The notes under the pieces: model-generated
Seen by the model: the letters and a program-made list of their open reading frames with translations, nothing else
Told to the model about the DNA's origin: nothing
Databases searched by the model: none
Shown: positions 48,277-57,620 of the stretch, piece after piece
How positions within the stretch are numbered: position 1 is the first letter of the stretch
Layout of the letters: each line of letters begins with the position of its first letter
Program-made: the position numbers and the translations under genes
Origin: a virus
Virus record (IMG/VR): IMGVR_UViG_3300044846_002555
Location: 78,860 to 142,859 of that record
Strand: one strand, 5' to 3'
Length of the DNA stretch: 64,000 nucleotides

Positions 48277-48896
48277 TCCTCTTTTTTTATGTCATAATAG
48301 AATGAATTAGTGTCTTCACTAACCCATCGGTCTGATTGATTTTCAACTGATGGAAGGTCAGTATCAACTTTAAATTGTTTTAAATTGTCAGGTAATTTTT
48401 TTGTTACCCAATTACTATCTTTCCAAAAGATTCTATTGTTTGGTTGACATAAAAGATATCCATCATCACCACTAAATATGTGACCACATTTATAATCGGA
48501 TGGTTCATCACTATATGGGTTATTAAACCAATCTACAGTAAACATATATGTTCCCCACACTTTAGTTCCGTCTCTCAATACTATTTCTGCTCTATGATAA
48601 GCTAAAAAGTCATATTCAGTTATTGTAACATTTTCTGAAAAACAATCCCAAAGTTGTTTATAGTTAAACGGAATGTCGTTGGTAGGTTCTTTTGTATATA
48701 TTTCAGAGATTGGGACTCGACTTCTAACCATACCGTCATCGGTCATTACATGAAAAGTTAAAATAACTCCTGATACTGATTGAATACCAAAACAATATAT
48801 GTTAAGGAAAAAATTTTTATCTTCTTCATTTTTGGTAAAATGGTATTTTCTTACTAACGCTTTAAAGCTCGGGATGTTTGAATTTAATGTACTCAT
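48273..48896 (-). CDS. conserved T4-like phage hypothetical protein
   Basis: LNSNIP, WDCFS, YMFTVDW, QPNNRI. Confidence 0.6.
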   Translation of the reverse strand: MSTLNSNIPSFKALVRKYHFTKNEEDKNFFLNIYCFGIQSVSGVILTFHVMTDDGMVRSRVPISEIYTKEPTNDIPFNYKQLWDCFSENVTITEYDFLAYHRAEIVLRDGTKVWGTYMFTVDWFNNPYSDEPSDYKCGHIFSGDDGYLLCQPNNRIFWKDSNWVTKKLPDNLKQFKVDTDLPSVENQSDRWVSEDTNSFYYDIKKED

Positions 48897-48973
48897 ATTA
48901 CAAAAATAATTGAAGTTAATACAAAGAGAAGTGTTTAAATCTTTTGTGTTATATTTATATATAAATATTTATT

Positions 48974-49327
48974 ATGGCAAAAAGATTTATAATTACTGAA
49001 GAAGAAAAAGGCGATATCCTTTCTAAATATGGTTTAGTTAGTGAGCAAATGAACCAACAAAAGGCGGTTGATACTCAAATGGAAAAAATTAAACCTGAAA
49101 CTGGTGGTAAATATTGTTTTGGTGACCCAAAACGACTTCAATCGGCTTATGGTTATAATGTTAAATTATATAAAGTTAAATCAGGTGATACGTTAAGTGA
49201 TATCGCTTCAAAACATCCTGGTGTTACTGACGTTGATGACCTTATTAGAATCAATAAAGGTTGTTCGGTAAGTAAAGGGTTGAAAAGTGGTGATGTAATT
49301 GCGATTGTGATGATGCCTTCAATGTAA
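48974..49327 (+). CDS. LysM domain protein
   Basis: YKVKSGDTLSDIA...LIRIN...LKSGDVI. Confidence 0.8.
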   Translation: MAKRFIITEEEKGDILSKYGLVSEQMNQQKAVDTQMEKIKPETGGKYCFGDPKRLQSAYGYNVKLYKVKSGDTLSDIASKHPGVTDVDDLIRINKGCSVSKGLKSGDVIAIVMMPSM

Positions 49328-49328
49328 T

Positions 49329-50732
49329 ATGAAAAAACTTATAAAAGAAAGTGGGATAAGAGATATTAATGCTCTTGCAAAACGATACCCCAAAGCGGAA
49401 ATATATTTTCACCAAGATTTAGATGGGGTGACTACGGCTATTGCTATGAGAGAATATCTTGAAAACAATGGTATTAAAGTAGTGGGTGCTCACGTCATTC
49501 AATATGGTGATAAAGAATTTGCAGTAAAGAAGAATGATGCTAAAGGTGATGTGATGCCGGTCTTGGTTGACTTTGCTCACGGAAAACCAATGTTTGTTAT
49601 TCATACTGACCACCACGATAGACAAGCTGGTGCGGAAGACACAAAATCAACTTCTTTTAGACAATCTCGTTCCAATGTTGAAACCATCTCACAGGTTGTT
49701 TCACCAAAGGAATTATTTCCATCTTCAGATATTTTATTGATATCAACTGTGGATTCTGCAAATTATGCGGTAAACAATATTACGGTTGACCAAGTTATTT
49801 CTTATTTATTTAAATTAGATAAGGATAAATCATTGGAGAAAAATAAAATGTTAATGGGTTTAGTTGTTAACAAATTATTATTGGCGTTTAAAAACAAGCC
49901 AGGGTTTTTAGAAACATTGGTTATGGAATGTTCACCATCATTATTGAATATCTTAAACACCATTAAAAGAATAATGGTTGAAAAAGGTTATGCAAAACCG
50001 GAGGAACTTGAAAAGAACAAAGAGGATTACGTTAAGTCAATGCAGACCAACCCAAATGTTAAAGTAATGGATAACGTTATTGTTCAATATGGTGGTGGGT
50101 CAATGTTTAAACCGGGTTCTTATGATAGATATACGCCATTTAAAAACAATCCTGAAGCTGATTTTATTGTGATTGCTTGGCCGTTAGGGTTAGTTCAAGC
50201 GTCTTGTAATCCATTCAAAGGCGAGAGACAATTAAAAGGTGTGAATTTAGGTGAGATTGCTCAAGAAGTATTATCTAAATGGGAGGACCAATTAAAACAA
50301 AGAGAGATACCATTGTCAACTATTAAATGGGTTTCTGAATCTTCAAAAGATTTTAATCAGGAATCGACAGGGTTTACATTTAAAGATTTTGTTGCTTTAT
50401 ATGGTAAAGAATATAAGACAATGGAAGATGGTAGAGAAAAATTATATCACATTGGTGAAATGATGGAAATGCCTTTTTCTGAATTACCTGAAGAACATAG
50501 AAAAATGTTGGATGACATTAAAGTTAATGCTTGGGATTTCATTCAATCAAATAGTGGTGGACACAAATGTATCACAAACATATCAGGTTTAAACTTTATG
50601 GGTAGAAGTACTAGACCACCAAAAGGTAGTACTAGATATAATGAAGCCGAAGATTCACCTTCAGTTAAGTTTACCAAAATGATTCAGAATGAGTTTGTGA
50701 AAGTATTACAGGAAAAGATAAATCAATCGTAA
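49329..50732 (+). CDS. DHH-family phosphoesterase
   Basis: HQDLDG, VDF, TDHH, SGGH. Confidence 0.75.
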   Translation: MKKLIKESGIRDINALAKRYPKAEIYFHQDLDGVTTAIAMREYLENNGIKVVGAHVIQYGDKEFAVKKNDAKGDVMPVLVDFAHGKPMFVIHTDHHDRQAGAEDTKSTSFRQSRSNVETISQVVSPKELFPSSDILLISTVDSANYAVNNITVDQVISYLFKLDKDKSLEKNKMLMGLVVNKLLLAFKNKPGFLETLVMECSPSLLNILNTIKRIMVEKGYAKPEELEKNKEDYVKSMQTNPNVKVMDNVIVQYGGGSMFKPGSYDRYTPFKNNPEADFIVIAWPLGLVQASCNPFKGERQLKGVNLGEIAQEVLSKWEDQLKQREIPLSTIKWVSESSKDFNQESTGFTFKDFVALYGKEYKTMEDGREKLYHIGEMMEMPFSELPEEHRKMLDDIKVNAWDFIQSNSGGHKCITNISGLNFMGRSTRPPKGSTRYNEAEDSPSVKFTKMIQNEFVKVLQEKINQS

Positions 50733-51070
50733 TGAACGATTGTATCACCGGATTTAATACCTAACTTTTTGCAAGTTCCACCTTGGACTTCAAGTATCAT
50801 ATCACCTTCACCACAATAATTTTCACAATCCTTTGTTTTACAAGGGGGACAGTTGTGGTGAATTTTTGTTATAACATCATCTTCAATAAAGATTATATCC
50901 AAATTTACTAAACAATTTTTCATCCAAAAGCAGTGTTGACCTTCAGACATAATAAATAACATACCATTAAAGGTATCGTCAAATTTTTTGTTCATCATCC
51001 CTTCACTAGTGTCTTTGGATGACATAACAGTTTTGACTTTAAATTTATTTTTGTTTATAGTTAAATTCAT
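50723..51070 (-). CDS. DUF192-like protein
   Basis: GMLF, FWMKNC, LDIIFI, ILEV; start 6 nt after TATTTAT. Confidence 0.8.
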   Translation of the reverse strand: MNLTINKNKFKVKTVMSSKDTSEGMMNKKFDDTFNGMLFIMSEGQHCFWMKNCLVNLDIIFIEDDVITKIHHNCPPCKTKDCENYCGEGDMILEVQGGTCKKLGIKSGDTIVHYD

Positions 51071-51099
51071 ATACTTATAAATACGCAAAAAAATATAAA

Positions 51100-51525
51100 A
51101 TGAAAGAAGTAAAAAGATATTCCGGTGTAATTGTTAAATGTGGTGACGAAGTGTTACTATGTAAAAGAAATGCTACTGATTCTTTACCGGGTCAATGGAG
51201 TATACCTTGTGGACACTTGGAAAAAGGCGAGCATCCAATGAATGGTGTTAAGAGAGAATTTGAAGAGGAAACAAATTATACTTTAGATAATAAATTAAAA
51301 TTAGTTGGATTTGTAAAAAGATACAATCGTGATGGCTCAGAGGTGAAAGGGTTGATGTATGTGTTTATGATGGAAACCGATGAAAAAATAAATCCGGATT
51401 TAGAAAACGCTAAAGATGGTGAAGAACACACAGAATGTGGGTATTTTGACCTTGAAAACCTACCATTTGATAAAAAAGATGACCAATTATGTAAATTAAT
51501 TACGAGAATCTTAAAAAAAGATTGA
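51100..51525 (+). CDS. Nudix hydrolase
   Basis: GHLEKGE...KREFEEET Nudix box. Confidence 0.88.
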   Translation: MKEVKRYSGVIVKCGDEVLLCKRNATDSLPGQWSIPCGHLEKGEHPMNGVKREFEEETNYTLDNKLKLVGFVKRYNRDGSEVKGLMYVFMMETDEKINPDLENAKDGEEHTECGYFDLENLPFDKKDDQLCKLITRILKKD

Positions 51526-51550
51526 TTTTTGTAATTTTATAATGTATTTA

Positions 51551-51635
51551 TTAATTCATTACGCCAACAACCCCCTTTCTTATTGGTTGGACACATTGAA
51601 ACCTCAACAGAGTAAATTTTGTTGAGGTTTTTTTT
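51551..51635 (+). ncRNA. candidate small RNA with an anti-SD-like loop
   Basis: TATTTAT at 51545, CCAAC/GTTGG stem around ACCCCCTTTCT, strong terminator 51598-51635, no ORF. Confidence 0.45.
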
Positions 51636-51663
51636 GTTTATAACAAAAATAGTATTATCTTTG
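51633..51663 (+). promoter_or_regulatory. Bacteroidota-type promoter
   Basis: TTTG-N19-TATCTTTG. Confidence 0.8.
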
Positions 51664-51687
51664 TCGGGAATTTAATTATTAAATAAG

Positions 51688-51879
51688 ATGATAACAAGAC
51701 AAGATGTTTTAGAAATTGCTGTAATGATAGGGGTTGACCCTACTGAAATTGAAATTGATGAGGTTTTATCTCAATATCCGACAGCTCAAGATGACGATTT
51801 AAGTGCGACTTGGGACTTAGTTGTTGAGAATTTATTATGGAGTGTTGTTAGTGAAAGTGACGGAAGAGTTGAATTATAA
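51688..51879 (+). CDS. hypothetical protein
   Basis: first ORF after the promoter. Confidence 0.55.
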   Translation: MITRQDVLEIAVMIGVDPTEIEIDEVLSQYPTAQDDDLSATWDLVVENLLWSVVSESDGRVEL

Positions 51880-51890
51880 AAAATATTATT

Positions 51891-52394
51891 ATGATAGTAT
51901 TAGGAATTATTTTAGGTTTTATCTTGTTAATATTGGCAATGATAGGTGTTGGGGGTTCTATCCAAGACAAAAATAGAAAGAAAAGATGTCAATCTTGGAA
52001 AGTTGGTGACAAATTAGCTTTGTGTAGAGGTAAATATAATGACATTTTAGAACACAGAAAAAAAGAATATGCTATTCTTAAAGGGTGGGATTTAGAAAAC
52101 CTTTATATTGATTGTGGGGATGATATGGTTTATCAGGTTAATTGGTCTGTAATGAATTTCAACAAATCCTCAATTTGGAGAAAAAATTATGAAAACGCTA
52201 AAAAAGTTATGGGTTGTGACCCGGCTTTTAGTGGTGGTGTTGGAGATAGTAATCCTATTGGTAGAATCTATGATGGTAAACCAATTGATACTATGAATGA
52301 GATTGAGTGTGAGGTATATTTGAAAAAAGCTTTGGGTGAAGAAGATTACGACACTGCTGAGTTGATTAAAAAAAGAATGGAAAAATTTAGATAA
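51891..52394 (+). CDS. membrane protein with C-terminal UVR-like motif
   Basis: N-terminal TM; LKKALGEEDYDTAELIK. Confidence 0.6.
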   Translation: MIVLGIILGFILLILAMIGVGGSIQDKNRKKRCQSWKVGDKLALCRGKYNDILEHRKKEYAILKGWDLENLYIDCGDDMVYQVNWSVMNFNKSSIWRKNYENAKKVMGCDPAFSGGVGDSNPIGRIYDGKPIDTMNEIECEVYLKKALGEEDYDTAELIKKRMEKFR

Positions 52395-52395
52395 G

Positions 52396-53133
52396 ATGAA
52401 AAATATGTTTAAAATGTATGAGGTCGGAGGGAAAGTTAGAGACGAGATTTTAGGTCTTGAATCTAAGGACGTGGATTACGTTGCCGTTCCAAACGATAAA
52501 TTATTACAGGACTTTGATACTGTGGAATCTATGTTCTCTATGTTGGAACAATACCTGAAGGATGAGAAGTTTGAAATCTTCTTGGTTACTCCGGATTGTT
52601 TTACCATCAGAGCTAAGTTTCCAAAGGACCACAAGTATAGTGGTGTTGCTGACTTTGTAATGGCTCGTAAAGAGGTGGGTTACATTCCGGGAACAAGAAC
52701 ACCAATCGTTAAACCGGGGTCTCTATATGATGATTTGGAGAGACGTGACTTCACATTGAACGCGTTGGCAAAAGATGAAGATGGAACTATCATTGACTAT
52801 TTTGAAGGGTTGAGAGATTTGGCGGATGGTAGATTAGTTACACCATTGGAGACAAAGAAAACATTTGACGATGACCCATTAAGAATTTTGAGAGCGGTAC
52901 GTTTCTCAATTACAAAGGGTTTTAGAATGGGTTACATTATGGACGACATTCAAGAATACGATTACGAATCTAAAATGGGTGTAGTTTCAACTGAAAGAAT
53001 CAGAGAAGAATTGTTAAAGTGTTTCAAATACGACACATTAAAAACTTTGGAAATTTTAGATAACATTCCAAGATTAAAAAGATACATATTTAAAAACAAT
53101 CTGTTGTGGTTAAAACCAACGATGGAACAATAA
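52396..53133 (+). CDS. tRNA nucleotidyltransferase (CCA-adding / polyA polymerase family)
   Basis: VGGKVRD, KDVDY, DLERRDFTLNALA, DDPLRILRAVRF, ERIREEL. Confidence 0.9.
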   Translation: MKNMFKMYEVGGKVRDEILGLESKDVDYVAVPNDKLLQDFDTVESMFSMLEQYLKDEKFEIFLVTPDCFTIRAKFPKDHKYSGVADFVMARKEVGYIPGTRTPIVKPGSLYDDLERRDFTLNALAKDEDGTIIDYFEGLRDLADGRLVTPLETKKTFDDDPLRILRAVRFSITKGFRMGYIMDDIQEYDYESKMGVVSTERIREELLKCFKYDTLKTLEILDNIPRLKRYIFKNNLLWLKPTMEQ

Positions 53134-53140
53134 TAGACAT

Positions 53141-53401
53141 ATGGTAAAATTAATATACAGATACGATTGGGGTGGAGAACCTTGTGGTGGAACAGAATAC
53201 ATACCTTTTGAATATAAAGGTAAAGATGAGTTTGTGTATGATGTTCTAAAAAGATTCAATAAAAAATACTTCAAAGAACATCATTACGCCGAAATCTTGG
53301 GTCAAGACTTAAATGAGGGTGATATAAATGATATTGAACATAATGTTTTAACATTAGAGGAGTGGTTTATTAAAAGAAAAGAAGTTACATTTGCATTGTA
53401 A
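53141..53401 (+). CDS. hypothetical protein
   Basis: 86-aa ORF. Confidence 0.5.
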   Translation: MVKLIYRYDWGGEPCGGTEYIPFEYKGKDEFVYDVLKRFNKKYFKEHHYAEILGQDLNEGDINDIEHNVLTLEEWFIKRKEVTFAL

Positions 53402-53413
53402 ATAGAAATAATT

Positions 53414-53596
53414 ATGGGAAAAACAGGATATGGTCATGGAGACACAAAACCAACATTAAAATTGGATGGTAAAAAAGTAATTGTAGAAAATGTTTCGGTT
53501 TATGATGGTAGTGTTCCTACCTCATATAGACGAGAAGTTATCTATCATTTCAGTGATGAAGATACCGCAGCTGAGTATTATTATAAAAAAAGATAA
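53414..53596 (+). CDS. hypothetical protein
   Basis: 60-aa ORF. Confidence 0.5.
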   Translation: MGKTGYGHGDTKPTLKLDGKKVIVENVSVYDGSVPTSYRREVIYHFSDEDTAAEYYYKKR

Positions 53597-53604
53597 ATAA
53601 AATT

Positions 53605-53811
53605 ATGGGAGAAAAATTTGAAGCATTCGCAATAACAATATTATCGTTGATAGTATTAGGAATTTTTATGGCTTGGCCAGTTCAATTATTATGGAACGGA
53701 TGTTTAATCCAAGCGGTAGATGGGTTAAATCCAATTACCTTTTGGCAAGCGTTAGGGGTTAATATTTTATGTGGTATATTATTTAAAAATTCGTCAAGTT
53801 CTAAAGATTAA
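53605..53811 (+). CDS. small membrane protein
   Basis: LWN...ITFWQALG...ILF. Confidence 0.65.
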   Translation: MGEKFEAFAITILSLIVLGIFMAWPVQLLWNGCLIQAVDGLNPITFWQALGVNILCGILFKNSSSSKD

Positions 53812-53812
53812 T

Positions 53813-53854
53813 TTTGTATATTAAAAAAATAGTATTATCTTTGTACTCACAAAA
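53813..53854 (+). promoter_or_regulatory. Bacteroidota-type promoter/leader, 24 nt identical to 57586-57609
   Basis: TTTG-N19-TATCTTTG; agtattatctttgtactcacaaaa repeated. Confidence 0.8.
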
Positions 53855-53863
53855 CATATAGAT

Positions 53864-54139
53864 ATGACTACATCAAATTACACAATCAGAATTGAGAACG
53901 AGAAGTTTGGGAAACTATTAAATGAAACATTCGTGGATGCCATCCAATTCAAGTTATTCTTGAAGATGGTTCAGGGTTGTCTTGAACTGAAGAATGATTT
54001 GACTTTCTTCAACGGGAGTGACTTCTTAATTCATGTTCCATTCAAATATTTGGTGGATTCAGTTATTGTTACATCAACATTTGATATGACATTGGCTGAC
54101 CATATGAGAAGTAAAGTAGAAGCGTTAGTAACTAAATAA
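53864..54139 (+). CDS. hypothetical protein
   Basis: 91-aa ORF after the promoter. Confidence 0.6.
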   Translation: MTTSNYTIRIENEKFGKLLNETFVDAIQFKLFLKMVQGCLELKNDLTFFNGSDFLIHVPFKYLVDSVIVTSTFDMTLADHMRSKVEALVTK

Positions 54140-54149
54140 TTAGAAAAAT

Positions 54150-54440
54150 ATGGATAATTTAGGATTATTATTTTTAGCGGTTGTGATATGTTATTTTTTT
54201 TACAAATTTTGGAAAAAAATTATAGCACTGATTGTTCTTGGGTTTGTGTTTGGGTTTATGTTTATGGCATCAAGTGTTAATGATTTTATCACGGATGTAA
54301 AAAAGATAGGTTTTAAACAAGAAACATCTCAAACCGATATGGTTTATGAAGATACTATAACACAACAATATGTTCACACAAATATTGAGGCGGATTCGAC
54401 TAAGTTTGATTATGAAATAGATGATTCAAAAAAAGAATAA
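54150..54440 (+). CDS. membrane protein
   Basis: two N-terminal TM segments. Confidence 0.55.
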   Translation: MDNLGLLFLAVVICYFFYKFWKKIIALIVLGFVFGFMFMASSVNDFITDVKKIGFKQETSQTDMVYEDTITQQYVHTNIEADSTKFDYEIDDSKKE

Positions 54441-54948
54441 AGATATGAGCACAAATTACTACAGAATACCGAAACAAAAAGTTGTTAGAGAGAAATACCT
54501 TGAATTGGTTGAACAAATCAGTTATATGGATATATTCTCACCGGAACAAATTTACAATGAATTTAGAACCATTGAAAAAGGTTTTGAACGTTGGAGTCCG
54601 TGGGACAATTTTATCGATGGATTAAACATTCATATTGGTAAACGTTCAGGTGGTTCGAAATTCCTATGGAACTTTCAAGATGGTAAATTCTATACTAATA
54701 AGGAAGAACTATTAAAGTTCATCCGTTCAGGTAGAATTGTTGATGAGTATGGTGAATTACAAGACACCGAAGAGTTCATTAAGATGGCTTTAGAGTGGTG
54801 TCAACCGGATGGTTATGTGTTGGATGAAAATTATATTGCCGAACAACGTAAGCAACCTAATTACCGACCAAGTTTTATTAATATGTCAAATTATTATGAC
54901 AAAGAGATTGATGGTCTTCGAGTATCATCATCTGTAGAGTTTTCCTAG
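54421..54948 (+). CDS. conserved phage hypothetical protein
   Basis: MSTNYY, IHIGKRSGG, IVDEYGE, EFS* pattern. Confidence 0.6.
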   Translation: MIQKKNKDMSTNYYRIPKQKVVREKYLELVEQISYMDIFSPEQIYNEFRTIEKGFERWSPWDNFIDGLNIHIGKRSGGSKFLWNFQDGKFYTNKEELLKFIRSGRIVDEYGELQDTEEFIKMALEWCQPDGYVLDENYIAEQRKQPNYRPSFINMSNYYDKEIDGLRVSSSVEFS

Positions 54949-54961
54949 TTCTCTTTAAAGA

Positions 54962-55030
54962 TAGGATGGTGGAGTCGCCGACATCTCAGTCGGCCCTAAA
55001 ATTAACCCTCACATAAAGTGGGGGTTTTTT
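54962..55030 (+). other. GC-rich structured element followed by an intrinsic terminator
   Basis: GCCGAC/GTCGGC hairpin inside TAGG/CCTA; then aaccctcac/gtgggggtt stem plus T-tract. Confidence 0.5.
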
Positions 55031-55061
55031 ATTTAGTTAGATATTTATAAATAAAAGAATT

Positions 55062-55379
55062 ATGGGTAACGTTATACTAACAGAAAAACAACTTGAAAAG
55101 TTGATTAATAAAATGAAGACCGTTAATGAGAATCATAGTGAAGGTTCTTATATGGCTAAACAACAATTATTTACTATAGCAACATTGGCTCACGCTATGT
55201 GGGAGAAAATGGAAGACGGTGAACAACTTGAGGATTGGATGGAATCTAAGATATCTCAAGCGGAACAAAGTATTGTGGGTGTTGTTAAAACTTTTATGTA
55301 TGATGAGTTTAAAGACGAATCTCAATCTAATGACGGTATGGGAAAACTTAATTATGATGAAATTATAATTGGTAAATAA
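55062..55379 (+). CDS. putative head-internal protein
   Basis: ILTEKQL leader; EGSYMAKQQL...LEDWMESKISQA module; TATTTAT upstream. Confidence 0.55.
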   Translation: MGNVILTEKQLEKLINKMKTVNENHSEGSYMAKQQLFTIATLAHAMWEKMEDGEQLEDWMESKISQAEQSIVGVVKTFMYDEFKDESQSNDGMGKLNYDEIIIGK

Positions 55380-55401
55380 TAAAATAACTTTTACATTTTA
55401 C

Positions 55402-55436
55402 AAACCTTTGTTTATTATTAGACAAAGGTTTTTTTT
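55402..55436 (+). terminator. intrinsic terminator
   Basis: aaacctttgt/acaaaggttt stem plus T-tract. Confidence 0.75.
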
Positions 55437-55466
55437 ATCAATAAATTATATAAATAACGAAATAAT

Positions 55467-55976
55467 ATGTCAGGAGGTTTATTTACAAGAAAAAAAGTGT
55501 TTCCGGATAATAGAGGTGTGTTTACACCATTATCTTTGAAGGTTGGAGGATTGGATTGGATTCAAAGCAATATCAGTTTTAATCCTAAAAAATATACGTT
55601 AAGGGGTTTACACTTCCAAGTTGGAGAGTTTGCTCAAACAAAATTAATCAAAGTTATTAATGGTGAGATTTTAGATTTTATTGTTGATATCCGTGAGGGT
55701 TCTGAAGATTATATGATGTTATATATGTATCATATGGAAAGTGGTGATGAATTACTAGTACCAAAAGGTTTTGCTCATGGGTTTATTACGTTAAGAGATA
55801 ATACAATAGTCCAATATTTGGTTGATAATGATTATTCGCCTGAAAGTGAAGGGTCAATTGTTTGGACCAACTTTGAACAAATTAAAGTTAAGATTGAAAA
55901 TTTGGTGGGTAATTTTGATGAGAATGATATAACAATATCGGATAAAGATTTAATTACTAAAAATTTTAAATTATGA
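55467..55976 (+). CDS. rmlC: dTDP-4-dehydrorhamnose 3,5-epimerase
   Basis: DNRGVF, TLRGLHFQ, VPKGFAHGF, YLVDNDY, ISDKD. Confidence 0.9.
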   Translation: MSGGLFTRKKVFPDNRGVFTPLSLKVGGLDWIQSNISFNPKKYTLRGLHFQVGEFAQTKLIKVINGEILDFIVDIREGSEDYMMLYMYHMESGDELLVPKGFAHGFITLRDNTIVQYLVDNDYSPESEGSIVWTNFEQIKVKIENLVGNFDENDITISDKDLITKNFKL

Positions 55977-56110
55977 GTGAAGAAACAAACGAATATGAAT
56001 TAGATTTGATTGATTTGATTAAAAATACTCCAAATGATATGGAGTTAGGTCATAAATTACGTTTATATTATATTAAATACGGAAAAGGTCTTAAGGTTTT
56101 AGTAAAGTAG
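55973..56110 (+). CDS. 45-aa phage protein (not in ORF track)
   Basis: MSEETNEY...NTPNDMELGHKLR; ATGA overlap with the rmlC stop. Confidence 0.55.
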   Translation: MSEETNEYELDLIDLIKNTPNDMELGHKLRLYYIKYGKGLKVLVK

Positions 56111-56134
56111 TATATTTATATATAAAACTTTATT

Positions 56135-56596
56135 ATGGGGGCAAACAATATATTATTAGAAGTTAAGAAAAAAAACTTAATGAGAGAGCAAAAAGAAGAT
56201 AACGAAACAGAAGTGAAAGAAACTAAAACCGGTTCAGGGTTTAAAGATATGGTTTCAATCTTACTACACTCACAAACTCAAGTACATATCTTTCATTTAC
56301 AAACTAAATCTTATGCTGAACACAAAGCTTTACAAAAATATTATGAAGGTATTGATGCTCTTGTAGATGGGCTTATTGAAAGTTATCAAGGTAAATATGA
56401 TGTAATCACTCAATATAATTCTGTTAAAAACGAGGATTATAAAAGTAATGAACAAGTTATTAAATATTTTAAAACGTTAGACGGTATGATTGAAAAAAAT
56501 AGAAAAGAAGTTAAAGAATCTTTCATTCAAAATCAAATTGATACTGTTCAAGAATTGATTAATTCTACAGTATATAAATTAAGATTCTTAAAATAA
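56135..56596 (+). CDS. ferritin/Dps-like protein (DUF5856-like)
   Basis: HIFHLQTKSYAEHKAL...DGLIESYQG. Confidence 0.7.
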   Translation: MGANNILLEVKKKNLMREQKEDNETEVKETKTGSGFKDMVSILLHSQTQVHIFHLQTKSYAEHKALQKYYEGIDALVDGLIESYQGKYDVITQYNSVKNEDYKSNEQVIKYFKTLDGMIEKNRKEVKESFIQNQIDTVQELINSTVYKLRFLK

Positions 56597-56600
56597 TATT

Positions 56601-57542
56601 GTGAAAGAATTAATTAAGAAATTTTTAAAAGAACAACTTGAAGGTGGTGAGGGAGGTAATCCTTTATCACGTAAAGAGATTATTCTATTTAAGTATCTTA
56701 ACAAAAACCGAAAAGACGCTGGTACCCAAAAAGAATTATTGAACTTGGTAAGAGGTATGATGTCTTTCATTGGTCGTCCTGAATCTGATGCTAAATTTTA
56801 CTATGAAGTATACACGGCAAATTTTAGACCGGATGGTGATTATGAGAATTTAGACCAACAAAGTTTCAGAGATTTTAGACAATTCAAACAAAGAAAAACA
56901 CCTAATAACGGAGCGTATGAATATACTGCGGCTAAGATACCTTTCAAAGGTTCAAACCTTGAAGGTTATTGGGATGTTAATGGTAAAAACGAATGGTATT
57001 ATGTTGTAGTTTCTTACGGATGGTATCCATTATTTTTATTCATTAATAATATGTGGTACAGAGTTATGGATAGTTATTCTTCTTCAACCGCAAAACAAAT
57101 ATCACATTCCAATCCTGTAAGATATAATTCAGGTTTAAAAGCTGATGTTATGTCTGTTACACCAAGTGAAATGAAAAGTTTGATTGCCGGTAAAGATGTT
57201 ACCGATATCAAAACAAGTAGAGTTTCTAATTTTACTACAAATAACGAAGTAAAACGTAAAATAATTGGTCTTAAAAAATTAGTTAGTGGTGGTTATGGTG
57301 AAAATGCTCACAAAGTTAGTTTTACAATAGATGATGTTAATGAAGATGGTGGTAAAGTTAAGATAAAAGTTAAAGTGAATAAAGCCGGTAAAATGGTTGA
57401 TAGAAAAATGGTTGCGGACCCCAACTTTAAAGACAACCCTGAATTATTAAGTGATATTGGAAAAACAATTAAACAAGAAATGTTGATGACTTATCCAAAT
57501 TACTTAACGGATGACAATACAGAAATAGAATTAGTATATTAA
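56601..57542 (+). CDS. hypothetical protein
   Basis: GTG start, FLKEQ leader, YSSSTAKQ motif. Confidence 0.6.
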   Translation: MKELIKKFLKEQLEGGEGGNPLSRKEIILFKYLNKNRKDAGTQKELLNLVRGMMSFIGRPESDAKFYYEVYTANFRPDGDYENLDQQSFRDFRQFKQRKTPNNGAYEYTAAKIPFKGSNLEGYWDVNGKNEWYYVVVSYGWYPLFLFINNMWYRVMDSYSSSTAKQISHSNPVRYNSGLKADVMSVTPSEMKSLIAGKDVTDIKTSRVSNFTTNNEVKRKIIGLKKLVSGGYGENAHKVSFTIDDVNEDGGKVKIKVKVNKAGKMVDRKMVADPNFKDNPELLSDIGKTIKQEMLMTYPNYLTDDNTEIELVY

Positions 57543-57546
57543 AAAG

Positions 57547-57598
57547 AGGAACATTTTGTTCCTTTTTTTTGTTTATATAAAATAAAGTATTATCTTTG
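57547..57598 (+). promoter_or_regulatory. terminator plus Bacteroidota-type promoter
   Basis: aggaaca/tgttcct hairpin; T-tract supplies TTTG 57568; N19; TATCTTTG 57591. Confidence 0.8.
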
Positions 57599-57620
57599 TA
57601 CTCACAAAAACAGAGATATT

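Noticed and set aside
52396-53133. tRNA genes expected near the CCA enzyme
   Set aside because: No cloverleaf with a T-loop recognised in any intergenic region; tRNAscan-SE would be decisive.
54962-55000. Fluoride riboswitch or tRNA fragment
   Set aside because: Only loose resemblance, no cloverleaf or full consensus, and it lies 3' of genes; kept as an unknown element.
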